Part shown: one piece after another, positions 7,303-16,267 of the stretch
Layout of the letters: every line of letters begins with the position of its first letter
Numbering within the stretch: the stretch's first letter is position 1
DNA from: Elusimicrobiota bacterium
Lineage (GTDB): Bacteria > Elusimicrobiota > Elusimicrobia > Elusimicrobiales > UBA9959
Assembly (NCBI GenBank): GCA_027340875.1
Contig: DAIENX010000106.1
Span: 1-30,970 of the forward strand
DNA length: 30,970 bases
Direction: 5' to 3'
Notes under the pieces: generated by a model
Database searches by the model: none
What the model was told of the DNA's origin: nothing
Seen by the model: the letters and a program-made list of their open reading frames with translations, nothing else
Position numbers and translations under genes: made by a program

Positions 7303-8847
7303 ATGGACAAGACGGCATACGAGATAGAGCTGATCGGCGTCACCAAGAAGTTCGGCAGCCTCTACGCCAACAAGGGCGCCTCCCTCCGCGTGAGGAAAGG
7401 CGAGATCCACGCCCTGGTGGGCGAGAACGGCGCCGGCAAGTCCACGCTGATGAAGGTCCTCTACGGCATGTACCGCCCGGACGCCGGCGAGATACGGATA
7501 CGAGGCGAAGCCGTCAGCATACCGTCCCCGAAGGCCGCCATAGACCTCAAGATAGGCATGGTGCATCAGCACTTCATGCTGGTGAAGACGCTGACGGTGG
7601 CCGAGAACGTGATACTGGGCGAGGAGCCGGTCGGGAACGGCGGAGCGCTGGACTACGCGAAAGCCGCGGCCGGGACCCGGCAGCTCATCGACAAGTTCAA
7701 CCTGATCCTGGACCCGGACGCGCTGGTGGCGGATCTGAGCGTGGGCGAGGAGCAGCGTCTGGAGATCCTGAAGCTCCTCTACCGCAAGGCCGACATCCTC
7801 ATACTGGACGAACCCACCGCGGTGCTGACCCCGCAGGAGATAAAGTACTTTTTCAACATCATCCGCAAGCTCAGCTCCGAGGGAAAGACCGTGATCCTGA
7901 TCACGCATAAGCTCAAGGAGGTCCTTTCCATTTCAAGCTCGGTCACCATAATGAGGCAGGGCGTCACTGTCGCTTCGCTGCCGACCGCCGGGACCTCGGA
8001 GAGCGGCCTGGCCCAGTTGATGGTGGGCCGGCCGGTCGTCTTCCAGGTCGAGCGCGCGCTGCGCACCGCCGGGGAACTGGAGAAGAGCCCGGCGGTGCTG
8101 GAAGTGAAGGACCTGACCGCGATGTCGGGTAAGGGCCACACAGCGCTGAACGGCCTCTCGCTCGAGATAAAGAAGGGGGAGATCTTCGGCCTGGCGGGTG
8201 TGGAAGGCAACGGCCAGTCCGAACTTATCGAGGTGCTTACCGGCCTGAGGCGGCCGGTCTCCGGCTCGGTAAAGGTGCTAGGCGAAGCGATAGACCCGGC
8301 CGGGAACTCCGCGCGGAAGATGTTCTCCCTGGGCCTGGCCCACGTACCGGAGGACAGGCACAAGAAGGGCCTGGTACTGGATTATTCCGTCGCGGAGAAC
8401 ATGGTGCTGGGGCGCCACCGCGAGCCGGCCTTCTCCACTCCGGCCAGAATGAATTTCGAGGGCATAGCGGCCTTCGCCGCCAGGATGATAGGCGATTACG
8501 GCATATATCCCCCCCGGCCGCAGTTGCGCGCCGGGGCGCTGTCCGGCGGCAACCAGCAGAAGATCGTCGTGGCCCGCGAGCTTTCGCGCCTGCCCAGGCT
8601 GCTGGTCGTGGCCCAGCCGACCCGCGGCGTGGACGTCGGCGCGATAGAGTTCATCCACAAGAAGATCATAGAGACCCGCGACGCCGGCTGCGCGGTGCTT
8701 CTGATATCGGCCGAACTCCCGGAGATACTCTCCCTGTCGGACCGGATAGGGGTCATATACCGCGGCAGGATAGCGGACGTCTTCGGCGCGAAAGAGGCGA
8801 CCGAGGAGAAACTGGGCCTGCTGATGATGGGCGGGAAGGCCGGATGA
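7303..8847 (+). CDS. ABC transporter ATP-binding protein, tandem NBD, CUT2 nucleoside type
   Basis: Walker A GENGAGKST, GMVHQHF, ILDEPTAVLTP, second domain GVEGNGQSE and signature LSGGNQQK. Confidence 0.95.
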   Translation: MDKTAYEIELIGVTKKFGSLYANKGASLRVRKGEIHALVGENGAGKSTLMKVLYGMYRPDAGEIRIRGEAVSIPSPKAAIDLKIGMVHQHFMLVKTLTVAENVILGEEPVGNGGALDYAKAAAGTRQLIDKFNLILDPDALVADLSVGEEQRLEILKLLYRKADILILDEPTAVLTPQEIKYFFNIIRKLSSEGKTVILITHKLKEVLSISSSVTIMRQGVTVASLPTAGTSESGLAQLMVGRPVVFQVERALRTAGELEKSPAVLEVKDLTAMSGKGHTALNGLSLEIKKGEIFGLAGVEGNGQSELIEVLTGLRRPVSGSVKVLGEAIDPAGNSARKMFSLGLAHVPEDRHKKGLVLDYSVAENMVLGRHREPAFSTPARMNFEGIAAFAARMIGDYGIYPPRPQLRAGALSGGNQQKIVVARELSRLPRLLVVAQPTRGVDVGAIEFIHKKIIETRDAGCAVLLISAELPEILSLSDRIGVIYRGRIADVFGAKEATEEKLGLLMMGGKAG

Positions 8848-9896
8848 ACAAGAACACTAAAGCTTTCCTGATAAACCTCGGCGTGACGCTGGCCGCCGTG
8901 CTGGCCTCCTTAGTAGTCGGCGCCTTCTTCATCCTGCTCGTGCACGCCAACCCCGCGCTGGTTTACCGGCGCCTGTTCGAAGGCGTTATCCTCAACCCCT
9001 ACGGCCTCGCGCAGACGCTCTTCAAGGCCACCCCGCTGATCATGACGGGGCTGGCGCTGGCCCTGGGCTTCAAGGCCAGCATCTTCAACATCGGCGCCGA
9101 GGGGCAGATGGTCATAGGCGGCTTCGTCTGCGCCTGGCTGGGCTTCACTTTCACGGGCCTGCCGGCGGCCCTGCTGGTCCCGCTGTGCCTGGCCGGCGCG
9201 TTCGCCGGCGGCATGCTGTGGGCGTCGGTCCCCGCCGTGCTGAAGATAAAGACCGGGGCGCACGAGGTCATCACCACCATCATGATGAACTTCATAGCCC
9301 TGGCGCTGACCAATTATCTGATAACGGCCTATTTCCACCTGCCGGAGACGGTGCACACGCAGCTGATAGCCGGGAGCGCCGCCCTGCCGCGGCTGGACCA
9401 CTACGTGCCCGCTTTCAGGGGCTCGCCGGCCAACGTGACGCTGTTCATGGCCGCGGCGCTGTGCTTCGCCTTCTGGTGGCTCATCTGGAAGACCCCCTAC
9501 GGCTACGAAACCCGCGCGATAGGTCTTAACCCGTCCGCGGCGGAGACCGGCGGCATACACATAAACCGCAACCTGCTCCTGACCTTCCTGATCTCCGGCG
9601 GCCTGAGCGGCTTTGCGGCGGTCAATTTCATCATGGGCTACAAGCACTACTACGAGGAAGGCTTCACGCAGGGCGTAGGCTTCATGGGAATAGCCGTAGC
9701 GCTGGTGGGACAGAACAACCCGTTCGGCATCATCTTCGCGGCGCTGCTGTTCGGCGCTCTATCGCATGGCACGCTGGTCATCAACGCGCTGGTGCCCAAG
9801 GACATCATCCAGATACTGCAGGCGCTGGTGATACTGTTCGTGATATCCTCGAACCTGCTCGCGAAGAAATACATGGCCAGGTTGACGGAAGACTGA
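8844..9896 (+). CDS. ABC transporter permease (nucleoside type, BPD_transp_2)
   Basis: FNIGAEGQ, HEVITTIMMN, GYETRAIGLNPSAA and GFMGIAVAL. ATGA overlap with the ATPase. Confidence 0.93.
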   Translation: MNKNTKAFLINLGVTLAAVLASLVVGAFFILLVHANPALVYRRLFEGVILNPYGLAQTLFKATPLIMTGLALALGFKASIFNIGAEGQMVIGGFVCAWLGFTFTGLPAALLVPLCLAGAFAGGMLWASVPAVLKIKTGAHEVITTIMMNFIALALTNYLITAYFHLPETVHTQLIAGSAALPRLDHYVPAFRGSPANVTLFMAAALCFAFWWLIWKTPYGYETRAIGLNPSAAETGGIHINRNLLLTFLISGGLSGFAAVNFIMGYKHYYEEGFTQGVGFMGIAVALVGQNNPFGIIFAALLFGALSHGTLVINALVPKDIIQILQALVILFVISSNLLAKKYMARLTED

Positions 9897-9908
9897 GCGG
9901 GACATAAG

Positions 9909-10829
9909 ATGGACCTTTTCCAGATATTCTCCCTGGCGCTGGCGGGCCAGACCATACGGATCTCCGTGCCGTACATCCTGACGGCCATGGGGGCGACGGC
10001 CTCCGAGCTCGGAGGCGTGGTCAACATCGGCCTGGAGGGGCTGATCCTGATAGGCGCCTTCTGCTCGGTGCTTGGTAATTTCTACACCGGCAGCCCGTGG
10101 GCCGGCATACTCTGCGCGGTGGCCGGCGGCATGCTCTTCGCCTGGCTGCACGCCGTGGTCTCCATCAAGTTCCGCGCCAATCAGATAATCTCGGGGCTGG
10201 CCATCAACATTCTGGCGGTGGGCGCCACCAAGTTCTTCCTGAAGTATTTCTTCCACTCCTCCTCCAACTCGGGCCGCATCTCCGGGATAGCCAGGCTGGA
10301 CGTCCCGGTGATCGGCGGCATACCCGTTATCGGCGACATCGTCTCGAACCCGCTGATACTCCTGACCGGCCTGCTGGTGTTCGCGGTGTGGTATTCCGTC
10401 TACCGCACCCCCTTCGGCCTGCGGCTGCGCGCGGTAGGCGAGAACCCGGAGGCCGCGGACACGCTGGGCGTGAACGTCCGCCGCATGCGCTACCTGGGCG
10501 TGCTGATCTCCGGCGCGCTGGCGGCGCTCGGCGGGGTCTGGCTGGCTTACGACCAGCACCAGTTCACCGACGGGATGAGCGGCGGCCGCGGTTACATAGC
10601 GCTCGCGGCGATGATCTTCGGCAAATGGAACCCGGTGCTGGCCGCGCTGGCCGCGCTTTTCTTCGGTTTCGCCGAGGCGGTGCAGATCCAGCTGCAGACC
10701 GTGGGCGTCAAGCTGCCGGTCCAGTTCATCCAGATGATCCCCTACCTGCTCACCATAGTGGTCCTGGCCGGGACCTTCTCCAAGGCCGCGCCTCCTTCGG
10801 CCGACGGCGTGCCTTACGAGAAGGACTAG
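9909..10829 (+). CDS. ABC transporter permease (nucleoside type, second subunit)
   Basis: GVVNIGLEG, GLRLRAVGENPEAADTLGV, GRGYIALAAMIFGKW and MIPYLLT. Confidence 0.93.
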   Translation: MDLFQIFSLALAGQTIRISVPYILTAMGATASELGGVVNIGLEGLILIGAFCSVLGNFYTGSPWAGILCAVAGGMLFAWLHAVVSIKFRANQIISGLAINILAVGATKFFLKYFFHSSSNSGRISGIARLDVPVIGGIPVIGDIVSNPLILLTGLLVFAVWYSVYRTPFGLRLRAVGENPEAADTLGVNVRRMRYLGVLISGALAALGGVWLAYDQHQFTDGMSGGRGYIALAAMIFGKWNPVLAALAALFFGFAEAVQIQLQTVGVKLPVQFIQMIPYLLTIVVLAGTFSKAAPPSADGVPYEKD

Positions 10830-10909
10830 CCGGCGGCATCCGCGCCGCCTTTCCCCGGCGGAAACCCATAAAGGCATTGGAAAGAAATAAGATATCCTAA
10901 TCACCTCCC

Positions 10910-12511
10910 ATGGACGAGATCAAGAGACGCCGCACCTTCGCCATCATCTCCCACCCCGACGCCGGCAAGACCACGCTGACCGAGAAGATGCTGCTTTACG
11001 GCGGCGCGCTGCACCTGGCAGGCACCGTCACCGCGCGCAAGAACCAGCGCGCGACCGCCTCCGACTGGATGGAGCTGGAAAAGAAGCGCGGCATCTCGAT
11101 AAGCTCCACCGTGCTGCAGTTCGACTACAACGGCTACAAGATAAACCTGCTGGACACTCCCGGCCACCGCGATTTCTCCGAGGATACCTACCGCGTGCTG
11201 ACGGCCGTGGACGCGGCCGTGATGGTGATAGACGCCGGCAAGGGCATAGAGGCGCAGACCCTCAAGCTTTTCGAGGTCTGCCGCCGCCGCCATATTCCGA
11301 TCTTCACGTTCATGAACAAGATGGACCGGCCCGCGCGCGAACCTCTGGAGTTGATAGACGAGCTGGAGAAGGTGCTGGGGCTCCATCCGTTCCCTGTGAA
11401 CTGGCCTATGGGCAACGGCCCCGATTTCAGGGGCGTCTACGACCGGATGACGAGGCAGGCGCACATGTTCGAGCGCGTGCCCGGCGGCGCGTTCAAGGCC
11501 GGCGTCGAAACGGCCGGCCTCGAGGACCCGCTGATAAAGGAGAAGCTCGACTCCGTCTCCTACCGCAATTTCATAGAGGAAGTGGGGATGCTGGAACTGG
11601 CGGGCACCGCCTACGACCAGGAGGCCGTGCTCTCCGGCGAGGTCACGCCGGTGTTCTTCGGCAGCGCGGTGAACAACTTCGGCATACAACTGATGCTCGA
11701 CGGCTTCGTCGAGCACGCCGCCCCCCCCGGCCCTCGCGACTCCTCGATAGGGTCGGTAAGTCCCGAGATGGAGGCCTTCTCCGGCTTCATCTTCAAGATC
11801 CAGGGCAACATGAACCCGCGCCACCGCGACAAGGTGGCCTTCATCAGGGTCTGCTCCGGCAAGTTCACGCGCGACATGACGGTGCACCATTCGCGCAGCG
11901 GCAAGAAGGTGCGGCTGTCTAACTCCAACAAGCTCTTCGGCCAGGACCGAGAGACGGTGGACGAAGCCTACCCGGGGGACATAGTTGGCATAGTGGGCCA
12001 CCAGGATTTCCAGATAGGCGACACGCTGACCGAGAACCCGGCGATAGCCTACGACGAGATACCGCGCTTCCCGCCGGAGTGCTTCACCTACCTTTCCAAC
12101 CCGGTGCCGTCCAAGTTCAAGCCGTTCAAGACCGGCCTGGAGCAGTTGATGCTCGAGGGCGTGGTCCAGCAGTTCCAAGTGAAGGACGCGCCCAGCTCCA
12201 GCCCGCTGCTGGCCGCCGTGGGCCCGCTGCAGTTCGAGGTGACCCAGTACAGGCTGGAGGAGGAGTACGGCGTGAAGTCCGTGGTGGAGCCAGCCCCCTG
12301 GCAGTTCGTGCGCTGGCTGGACGAGGACGGCTCCGCCAGGCTGGCCTCCGGCATGATACACCTGGGCGAGAACGTGCGGCTGGGCGCGGACTCGGCCGGC
12401 AACCCGGTGATCTTCTTCCCCACCCCGTGGGCGCTGAAGTACTTCGGCGACACCAACAAGGAGATAGCCCTCTTCGATCTCCCGGTGAAGGAACAGCCGC
12501 GCCAGAGTTAA
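10910..12511 (+). CDS. prfC: Peptide chain release factor 3
   Basis: RRRTFAIISHPDAGKTTLTEK, SDWMELEKKRGISI, LLDTPGH, NKMD, FKIQGNMNPRHRD and VGPLQFEV. Confidence 0.97.
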   Translation: MDEIKRRRTFAIISHPDAGKTTLTEKMLLYGGALHLAGTVTARKNQRATASDWMELEKKRGISISSTVLQFDYNGYKINLLDTPGHRDFSEDTYRVLTAVDAAVMVIDAGKGIEAQTLKLFEVCRRRHIPIFTFMNKMDRPAREPLELIDELEKVLGLHPFPVNWPMGNGPDFRGVYDRMTRQAHMFERVPGGAFKAGVETAGLEDPLIKEKLDSVSYRNFIEEVGMLELAGTAYDQEAVLSGEVTPVFFGSAVNNFGIQLMLDGFVEHAAPPGPRDSSIGSVSPEMEAFSGFIFKIQGNMNPRHRDKVAFIRVCSGKFTRDMTVHHSRSGKKVRLSNSNKLFGQDRETVDEAYPGDIVGIVGHQDFQIGDTLTENPAIAYDEIPRFPPECFTYLSNPVPSKFKPFKTGLEQLMLEGVVQQFQVKDAPSSSPLLAAVGPLQFEVTQYRLEEEYGVKSVVEPAPWQFVRWLDEDGSARLASGMIHLGENVRLGADSAGNPVIFFPTPWALKYFGDTNKEIALFDLPVKEQPRQS

Positions 12512-12554
12512 AACGACGTTATTTCCAGCGGCCCGGTCGTTTTTACTATACTGA

Positions 12555-12743
12555 CAGTCTGCTGAAAAAACCTGCTCTGCTGTATTTTGAGCCGATTTTG
12601 AAACAGAGCCGCGGCGACGCGAGGCGAGCATTTTCTAGGAGAGACTGCGAGTCGGGCGGCGCAACCGCGCCGTACAAGCGCTATGCGCACCGAACGACCA
12701 GAAGCGGCCAAAAGACGCTGAAAGGGGCTTTTTCTGCAGACTG
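12555..12743. mobile_element. MITE-like non-autonomous element, 189 bp with 18-bp terminal inverted repeats
   Basis: CAGTCTGCTGAAAAAACC (12555-12572) matches GGCTTTTTCTGCAGACTG (12726-12743) at 16/18. Flanks CTGA and CCGA resemble a decayed 4-bp target duplication. No transposase ORF. Confidence 0.65.
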
Positions 12744-12760
12744 CCGACGGACGGGGGGAT

Positions 12761-13495
12761 ATGAGCCTGGGAAACGCCAGTAGAACGATACCTGTGCTCG
12801 TCTATCACAAGATAGCCGAGCCCTCCCGCCACGATGCCAACCCGAACACCTGCGTCGCGCCGGCCGCTTTCGCCGCCCAGATGCGCCTGCTGCGCCTGCT
12901 GGGCTACGCCACGCCCGCGCCGGCCGAGTACCAGAAAGCCGCGCTGGGCCTGCCGGCGACGCTGCCGCAGAGACCGGTGCTGATCACCTTTGACGACGCT
13001 TTTTCCAGCGTGGCGGCGGCGGCCGCGCCCGTCATGGCGGACTGCGGCTTCACCGGGGCCGTCTTTATGGTCCCCTCCGCCTTCGGCGGCAGCGCCTTCT
13101 GGGACGGGGAAACCGCCGCTTCGCCCAACCGCCTGCTTACGCCGGATGAACTGCGCCGGCTGGCCGGGGCCGGCTGGGCCGTAGGCGCGCACAGTTCGTC
13201 CCACACCGACCTTTCCAAACTCGCTGGAGAGGACCTGATCAGCGAGACCGCCGGCTCCAAGGCCGCGCTCGAGGCCGCGCTGGGCGCGAAGGTGGACTGG
13301 TTCGCCTATCCCTACGGCGCCTACAGCGGGGAGGCCAAGGCCGCCGCCAGCAGGGCGGGTTACGCGCTGGCCTTCGCCACGGAAAAGGGCGACGGCGCCC
13401 CGTTCGCCGTGCCGCGCAGGATCATCAGCGGCCGCTGCGGGCTGTTCAGGTTCTTTCTTAGGCTGGCGCAGGCCGGAAAGCTGGCCCGGGCATGA
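12761..13495 (+). CDS. Polysaccharide deacetylase (CE4/NodB homology)
   Basis: VLVYHKI, ITFDD, GAHSSSH and FAYPYG CE4 motifs. SD GGGGGG. Confidence 0.92.
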   Translation: MSLGNASRTIPVLVYHKIAEPSRHDANPNTCVAPAAFAAQMRLLRLLGYATPAPAEYQKAALGLPATLPQRPVLITFDDAFSSVAAAAAPVMADCGFTGAVFMVPSAFGGSAFWDGETAASPNRLLTPDELRRLAGAGWAVGAHSSSHTDLSKLAGEDLISETAGSKAALEAALGAKVDWFAYPYGAYSGEAKAAASRAGYALAFATEKGDGAPFAVPRRIISGRCGLFRFFLRLAQAGKLARA

Positions 13496-14634
13496 ACATA
13501 GCCTTGCTGCTGCGCTCTTTCTCCGGCCGCAACGGCATCTCCCGCATGGTGCTGGCCCACGCCAGGGAATTCTCCAGGCTGGGCCATGAGACGCACATCT
13601 ACTCGGCGCTCACGCAGCTCACCGCCGCCGAGAGGGCTGCCCTGCCGAGGGGCGTGCACCTGCACGGATTCCCCTGCCTGCGCGGTTCCGCCAGGATCTG
13701 GACCATTCCCATCGGCGCGCTGCGCCCCTATCTTGGCAGCCACGACATCATAGTCAGCCATCTGCTGACCATCTGGCAGGACGTGGCGGTGATGCACAAC
13801 GACCCGCAGCTAGTGGAAGCGGATAAGCTCTCCGCGGCGCCGTTCACCATCTGCCCGCCGCGCCTGAACAGCCGCAACCGCGCCGTGCGCACTTTCATCG
13901 AACGCCAGCGCTTCCGGCCGGGTCGCTACAAACGGGTCGTCGCCCTTTCCGAAAGGTCGTCGTCCGAGATCTCGCAGGCCTGCGGCGTGCCGCGCGCCGC
14001 CATCAGCGTGATCCGGCATGGCGTGGACCCGGAGCATTTTTCGAAGGAATACCGCAGGAACGCCAGGTCGGGAGCCAGGAACTCTCTCGGCCTGTCTCCG
14101 GAAGATCTGGTCTTCCTGTATATCGGGGATTCATGGAAGGGACTGGAATTCGCGATCAGGGGCGCGGCGGCCGGCGGACCGAAAGGACGCACCGTCCTGC
14201 TGGCCGCGGGACCGTTCCGCGCGGAGCCGTTCGAGGAACTGGCGCGCGGGGCCGGCCTGCGGCTGATAACCTCCCCGGGCGGCGGCGACGTCAGGGACCT
14301 TTACAGCGCTTGCGACGTCTTCCTGAGCCCCACCCCGCTCGACACGTTCAACCTCTCCGCCCTGGAGGCCATGGCCATGGGCGTCCCGCCCGTGATAAGC
14401 AAGTACGCCGGACTCAGCGAGCTGCTCAGCGACGGCGAGAACGCCCTGGTGCTGGACAGGCCTTTCGAGACGGAAACGATAGCCTGCGCGGCGGACAAGC
14501 TGGCCTCGCCGGGGACCAGGGCCGCGCTGGGAGAGAGGGCCGCCGCCCTGGCGCGTACCCTTACCTGGGAGAAACCGGCCGCCGATCATCTCCGGCTTTA
14601 CGCCGACATCCTTGGCCTCCGCCACGCCGGCTGA
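13492..14634 (+). CDS. Glycosyltransferase family 4 (GT-B)
   Basis: VIRHGVD, KGLE, DLYSACDVFL and DTFNLSALEAMAMGVPPVIS. ATGA overlap with the deacetylase. Confidence 0.9.
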   Translation: MNIALLLRSFSGRNGISRMVLAHAREFSRLGHETHIYSALTQLTAAERAALPRGVHLHGFPCLRGSARIWTIPIGALRPYLGSHDIIVSHLLTIWQDVAVMHNDPQLVEADKLSAAPFTICPPRLNSRNRAVRTFIERQRFRPGRYKRVVALSERSSSEISQACGVPRAAISVIRHGVDPEHFSKEYRRNARSGARNSLGLSPEDLVFLYIGDSWKGLEFAIRGAAAGGPKGRTVLLAAGPFRAEPFEELARGAGLRLITSPGGGDVRDLYSACDVFLSPTPLDTFNLSALEAMAMGVPPVISKYAGLSELLSDGENALVLDRPFETETIACAADKLASPGTRAALGERAAALARTLTWEKPAADHLRLYADILGLRHAG

Positions 14635-14724
14635 TATCGGTCACGCGGCCATACCGGTAAAAGGCAAACGGAAACCGGGCCGGAGTTACCATACGCGCAG
14701 AGAGCTCCATCGGCGACGGGACCC

Positions 14725-14802
14725 TCATTGGCCGCAGAACTCCCGCATCTCCGGCGGAACCTGCATAAAAAGGACCACGGCCGCGGCGACCACCGTCCTC
14801 AC
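14725..14802 (-). CDS. Possible 25-aa small protein or gene remnant
   Basis: GGAGG 6 nt before GTG and a CATAAT-like box upstream. Reads MRTVVAAAVVLFMQVPPEMREFCGQ*. Confidence 0.3.
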   Translation of the reverse strand: MRTVVAAAVVLFMQVPPEMREFCGQ

Positions 14803-14979
14803 CCGATCCCTCCAGGACCCATGTATATTATGCCGGTTGCCGTCAGCCGGCACCTGAGCCGGAGCACCTTGTGGAAGGACGTATTCCGGACCAGTGTCCG
14901 CTGTGCCCTTGGGCCCGGCAGGGGCTCGGCGCGGCGGCAGACGGCGCCGGACCCTTCAGAGCCGGCATGGCCCCCCAGT

Positions 14980-15007
14980 AAAGAGAAGCGCCGCCTTCCG
15001 GCGGCGC
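14980..15007 (-). terminator. Intrinsic terminator after the PLD gene
   Basis: Minus-strand GCGCCGCC-GGAA-GGCGGCGC stem with a GNRA loop, followed by TTCTCTTT. Confidence 0.7.
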
Positions 15008-15013
15008 CTCGCG

Positions 15014-16228
15014 TCAGTTACGTTTTACCGGCTGGTATTCCTTCAGCGGGTCCACCGGTTGCACGTACGGGCCGTCCCAGGCCTTAGAGAATATGTCCTC
15101 CAGCACCGAGGCCGCGGCGGCGCCCTTTATGACCACGCCTACGCCGCGGGAGCTGAGGAAATACCCCGGCCCCCAGTTGGAGGTGGTGATGTAGGCGGTC
15201 TCGCCGTCCACGCTCAGGTACTTGCAATGCTCTACACGGGAGTAGGGTACGAAGCCAGTGCTCAGCTGCGGCAGCGAGGAGATCCTGATCTTTATGTTGT
15301 CGGTCTTGGAGAGCGCCTTGATGTCGCGGTCCGCCTTACCGCCCATGCCCCAGTCGGCGAAGATAAGCTCCACCTTGACGCCGCGGGCGGCCGCCTTCCG
15401 GAAGGCGGAGTCAAGCTCCGGCCAGCGCTTGGAGCCGTGCTCCAGCAGCGCGTAGGTCATGACCTGGCCGCGCACGGTATGTTTGGCCGAAGCCAGCAGC
15501 TTCAGCAGCTCGGTTATCTCCTGGTCGGCCCCGCGCGGAATATAGCCCACCGGGCTGTAGGACAGGCTGTAGGACACCTCCTGCCCGTCCAGAGCGGCCT
15601 TCTCCGGCTTGGCGGCGGTGATGGCCGTCTTCTTCCTGCCGAACATCCTCTTGGGCTCGGTCCCGCCCGCCAGCGCCCAGTCGCCGTCGAACACCAGCTC
15701 CAGGTCCGCCGCCGCTTTCGCGCTCTTTATCCGCACGCCGATCTCGTGGATCTGCGAGAGGGAGCGCCAGTCGAAGTTCTGGCTGCCGATGAAGGAGTCC
15801 TCCCCGTCCGCGATGAAGAATTTGGAGTGCTGCACTCCGCCTATCTTCTTCTTGAAATCTATGACCCTGGCGTTGACCCCGGCCTCCTTGAGGGCGGGCA
15901 GCGCCTTGGAGGTCTCGCCCATCATCACGCTGTCGGCTATCAGGCGCACCTTCACGCCGCGCTTGGCCGCCGCCTTGACGGCCTCGAGCACCGGCGACAT
16001 GGCCTCGCCTTCCTTGTCGGCGATGTAGAACTGCTCTATGTCCAGCGTCTTCTTGGCCGAGTTTATCATCTCCAGCCAGACCTCCCGGGGCCTGGCGGCC
16101 AGCGATGAGCCGTAGACGGTCTCGGCGGGCACGCTCTCCACTATCTTCAACTCCGCCTTGGGCCCTTCCGCGGCCGCCAGCGGCATGACGCAGAAGGACA
16201 GCGCCAGGACAAGCATTGTTTTTTTCAT
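15014..16228 (-). CDS. Secreted phospholipase D-superfamily protein (PLD3/PLD4/K4L-like, two HKD motifs)
   Basis: Signal peptide MKKTMLVLALSFCVMPLAAA. IVESVP, HSKFFIAD...GSQNFDWRSL and HCKYLSVD...YITTSNW. SD GAGGAG before ATG 16228. Confidence 0.9.
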   Translation of the reverse strand: MKKTMLVLALSFCVMPLAAAEGPKAELKIVESVPAETVYGSSLAARPREVWLEMINSAKKTLDIEQFYIADKEGEAMSPVLEAVKAAAKRGVKVRLIADSVMMGETSKALPALKEAGVNARVIDFKKKIGGVQHSKFFIADGEDSFIGSQNFDWRSLSQIHEIGVRIKSAKAAADLELVFDGDWALAGGTEPKRMFGRKKTAITAAKPEKAALDGQEVSYSLSYSPVGYIPRGADQEITELLKLLASAKHTVRGQVMTYALLEHGSKRWPELDSAFRKAAARGVKVELIFADWGMGGKADRDIKALSKTDNIKIRISSLPQLSTGFVPYSRVEHCKYLSVDGETAYITTSNWGPGYFLSSRGVGVVIKGAAAASVLEDIFSKAWDGPYVQPVDPLKEYQPVKRN

Positions 16229-16267
16229 AATCTCCTCGATCAACCGTACCGCTGCGCCGCGGGGCGC

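Noticed and set aside
14844..14969. 41-codon minus-strand ORF (MPALKGPAPS...)
   Set aside because: Low-complexity, atypical codon use, and it starts immediately after a terminator without a promoter.
15014..16228. PLD protein as an anti-phage defence nuclease
   Set aside because: It has a Sec signal peptide and no helicase, DNA methylase or other defence genes adjacent.
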